Part shown: one piece after another, positions 34,529 through 36,384 of the stretch
Layout of the letters: each line of letters starts with the position of its first letter
Position numbering within the stretch: the stretch's first letter is position 1
Assembly (NCBI GenBank): GCA_016207775.1
Contig: JACQOU010000115.1
Span: forward strand, 1 to 36,384
DNA from: Deltaproteobacteria bacterium
GTDB taxonomy: Bacteria; Bdellovibrionota; FAC87; UBA2466
Length of the DNA: 36,384 nt
Reading direction: 5' to 3'
Program-made: the position numbers and the translations under genes
Notes under the pieces: model-generated
What the model was told of the DNA's origin: nothing
The model's input: the letters and a program-made list of their open reading frames with translations, nothing else
Databases searched by the model: none

Positions 34529-36384
34529 CTACTCAAACGGCAAATGCCAGTGAAAAGGAGCCACCTTCGGAGCTTTCAGTGGCAAATAGAAGAAAAAAAG
34601 CAGTTTAGAATTAGTATATTCACCACCCGTGCCAATGGCTGTACCGATAATTACAGAGCTGTCCGGGCTTGCAGCACCCTCAAACTGCATGTGAGGGATG
34701 ACCGAGTACACTCCCTGCTCTTGCAGTTTTCCGCTCGCATCAAGCGCCAGTAGTAATGCCGAGCCGTGATCAAGTGGCACCAGAACTCGGCCATCAGGCG
34801 TAACAATAGGCGGTCCAGTAGGCGGATTGTCCAGCGGAAATTCCATCATTTTTTCCACACCGCCCTGTCGCAACTTGCGAGCTCTGAAAAGTTTGTACTG
34901 ACCGTTATTGCGAGTTATGAAAACAACACTGTCATCCAGAAGCACGGACGGGCTCAAAAAAGTGTCGCTCTGTACCTCCATTTCAGCTTCAGCCAAAATC
35001 TTGCCGTCTCTTGTTGCGCGGACCCATGTCATAGTTTCTTTGGCTCTGTGGGAATAAACAACAACCGAATCTTTATCGGTTTGCAATGGGACAGCCCCGC
35101 GTATGGAAGGGCCCAGTTCCTCAGTTGTTAAAGTGGAGCAGTCGAAATTAACCGAGACTAAAGTGGAGGCATCCCACGTGATCAGATTTTCATTGGCCAT
35201 TACAATAAGCTCGTATGGTGCCAATGGAAGTTTGCATCGACCGACTTCCCCAAGTTTGCCTGAAGCGCTCTTAAGAAACACAAGGTTACCGTCATCTTTC
35301 CCAAAAACGACGCGATCACCGGATAAGGAGATTGGCGCATAGGTGATTCCGTCCTCTTTGGCAGCTAAAGCATGTGCTTTTTTCAGGTTTTTTTCACCTT
35401 GACCAAAAAGGATAAGTTTACCTCCTCGGATAGGAGGGTAATCGCGCACAAAACCGCCATTTTCTCTGTTTTGTCGCAGGATGCTATTTTCATGATGCGG
35501 CCACGCGGAGGAATCAAATTTGGGCCCGCAAGCAAGCGCTTGAATACTCAAAGTCCCGTCCGGCATCCTAATAGGGCTTCGATAGTGAATATCAGAAATG
35601 TGAATTTCACCGGATGGCGCCGGGCGAGAAAGAAAATGGAAAGTAGCTGGATCGGGATGCTTTACCTGAGACAAGAGAAACTGCCGGATCTTTTCAAATG
35701 AGAAAGACCGTCCGCCAATTAAGACGTTTTTGGTTCCTCTATCTTCAAGCAGCTTGAGAAAAAAACGAAGCTTTTGCTCTTGCCCGGCATGTGTGGCTGC
35801 AAAGGCGCCAAGGGTAAAAACGCCCGGATCTGCCGATAAAATCCAGTTTTTATCTTCAAGCAACACATCAAGATGCCTGAGCGTTAAAACCACGTTCCCC
35901 AGGTTGTAGTATTTGAAAGCGAGAAACAGACGGGCCTCGAGCCCGGCTGGCGTAAAGGGATGCCTCTCAGCAACAGCAGTAATGGCCTGTGCATCAGCCC
36001 TTTCGATGGCCTGTTGCAGTTGCTTTCTAGCCGCAATTTCATAGATTGCGTCACTACCGAAAAAAAAATCGCGCTGAACGGATAGCGGTAGGTTTCGAAA
36101 AAATCGGCGTGCTAACGCTTGGCTCGATACCCAGCCATTCGTCGTGTTAACCAGCGCATCTGGCTTATCCAAGATCTTTTCATAGATGGCTTGAATAGCG
36201 TTAGTGTAGTTACCCCGTTGAACGGAATGCTCGGCTTGTTGGATCGCAAACAAAACCGCTCGGCTCTCCGTATGATGTCGGTACTGAGGCTCGTGAGAAT
36301 CGTCATACTTGATTGCTCGAAATGCAAAGTCAGCCGGGTACAGAAATGCTGGCCTGAATAAAATAAGGATGGATAGAAGTACAC
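34529..36384 (-). CDS. Hypothetical exported protein, 5'-truncated by the window edge (possible beta-propeller-containing C-terminal half)
   Basis: The frame of the 574-aa track ORF stays open from 36253 to the window edge with no stop. The edge codons encode a hydrophobic signal/anchor-like stretch, (V)LLSILILFRPAFLYPADFAF. The TTG at 36253 is therefore probably not the true start. Confidence 0.65.
   Translation of the reverse strand, partial: VLLSILILFRPAFLYPADFAFRAIKYDDSHEPQYRHHTESRAVLFAIQQAEHSVQRGNYTNAIQAIYEKILDKPDALVNTTNGWVSSQALARRFFRNLPLSVQRDFFFGSDAIYEIAARKQLQQAIERADAQAITAVAERHPFTPAGLEARLFLAFKYYNLGNVVLTLRHLDVLLEDKNWILSADPGVFTLGAFAATHAGQEQKLRFFLKLLEDRGTKNVLIGGRSFSFEKIRQFLLSQVKHPDPATFHFLSRPAPSGEIHISDIHYRSPIRMPDGTLSIQALACGPKFDSSAWPHHENSILRQNRENGGFVRDYPPIRGGKLILFGQGEKNLKKAHALAAKEDGITYAPISLSGDRVVFGKDDGNLVFLKSASGKLGEVGRCKLPLAPYELIVMANENLITWDASTLVSVNFDCSTLTTEELGPSIRGAVPLQTDKDSVVVYSHRAKETMTWVRATRDGKILAEAEMEVQSDTFLSPSVLLDDSVVFITRNNGQYKLFRARKLRQGGVEKMMEFPLDNPPTGPPIVTPDGRVLVPLDHGSALLLALDASGKLQEQGVYSVIPHMQFEGAASPDSSVIIGTAIGTGGEYTNSKLLFFFYLPLKAPKVAPFHWHLPFE

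Noticed and set aside
36112-36384. 90-aa minus-strand ORF at the right edge
   Set aside because: It overlaps, in a different frame, the open continuation of the 34529-36384 gene. Its 'start' is just the window boundary, and the translation is not protein-like.
1-36384. Search for CRISPR arrays, rRNA/tRNA genes, IS/transposase, integrase, reverse transcriptase (retron/DGR) and phage structural genes
   Set aside because: I saw no regularly spaced repeats and no long ORF with transposase, integrase or RT motifs (e.g. YxDD). I also saw no rRNA-like or cloverleaf-forming sequence. The only significant nucleotide repeats found by eye are the fliW-tail duplication and the 33-bp tandem repeat.

Overview
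This is a 36.4-kb bacterial chromosomal window with diderm-type gene content (lipoproteins, ydbH-ynbE-ydbL, rhomboid). GC is roughly 45-50% by eye and was not computed. I can support 24 protein-coding genes. I found no rRNA, tRNA, CRISPR array, IS element, integrase or reverse transcriptase. Left part: the 3' portion of a carbon-nitrogen hydrolase gene, then a csrA-fliW pair behind a sigma-28-like promoter. Next comes a two-gene AbiEii/AbiEi (type IV TA / abortive infection) cassette. It appears to have inserted into the 3' end of fliW, because a displaced copy of the fliW tail lies 1.6 kb downstream (20-nt perfect core, 37/46 overall). After that is a small sugar-modification cluster: a Gfo/Idh/MocA oxidoreductase, a hexapeptide acyltransferase, a GT2, a 779-aa polytopic membrane protein and a degenerate 5'-nucleotidase-like lipoprotein. 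Centre: one uninterrupted 11.7-kb ORF encoding 3,896 aa. It has a signal-peptide-like N-terminus, five Pro/Ala/Lys/Glu-rich linkers, one internal cluster of hydrophobic helices, a 3 x 33-bp in-frame tandem repeat and no catalytic motif I can recognise. It is transcribed divergently from an orphan secreted protein gene and converges on a rhomboid protease gene. I consider it the most likely undescribed element here. Right part: a secreted protein built from about 14 copies of an uncharacterised '[FY]LVVW' repeat, a solitary DUF4143-type AAA ATPase, the ydbH-ynbE-ydbL envelope operon and a vapBC module with a candidate operator. The window ends with a cluster of orphan secreted proteins, the last of which runs off the right edge. 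All functional calls rest on motif recognition by eye. No database search was possible.
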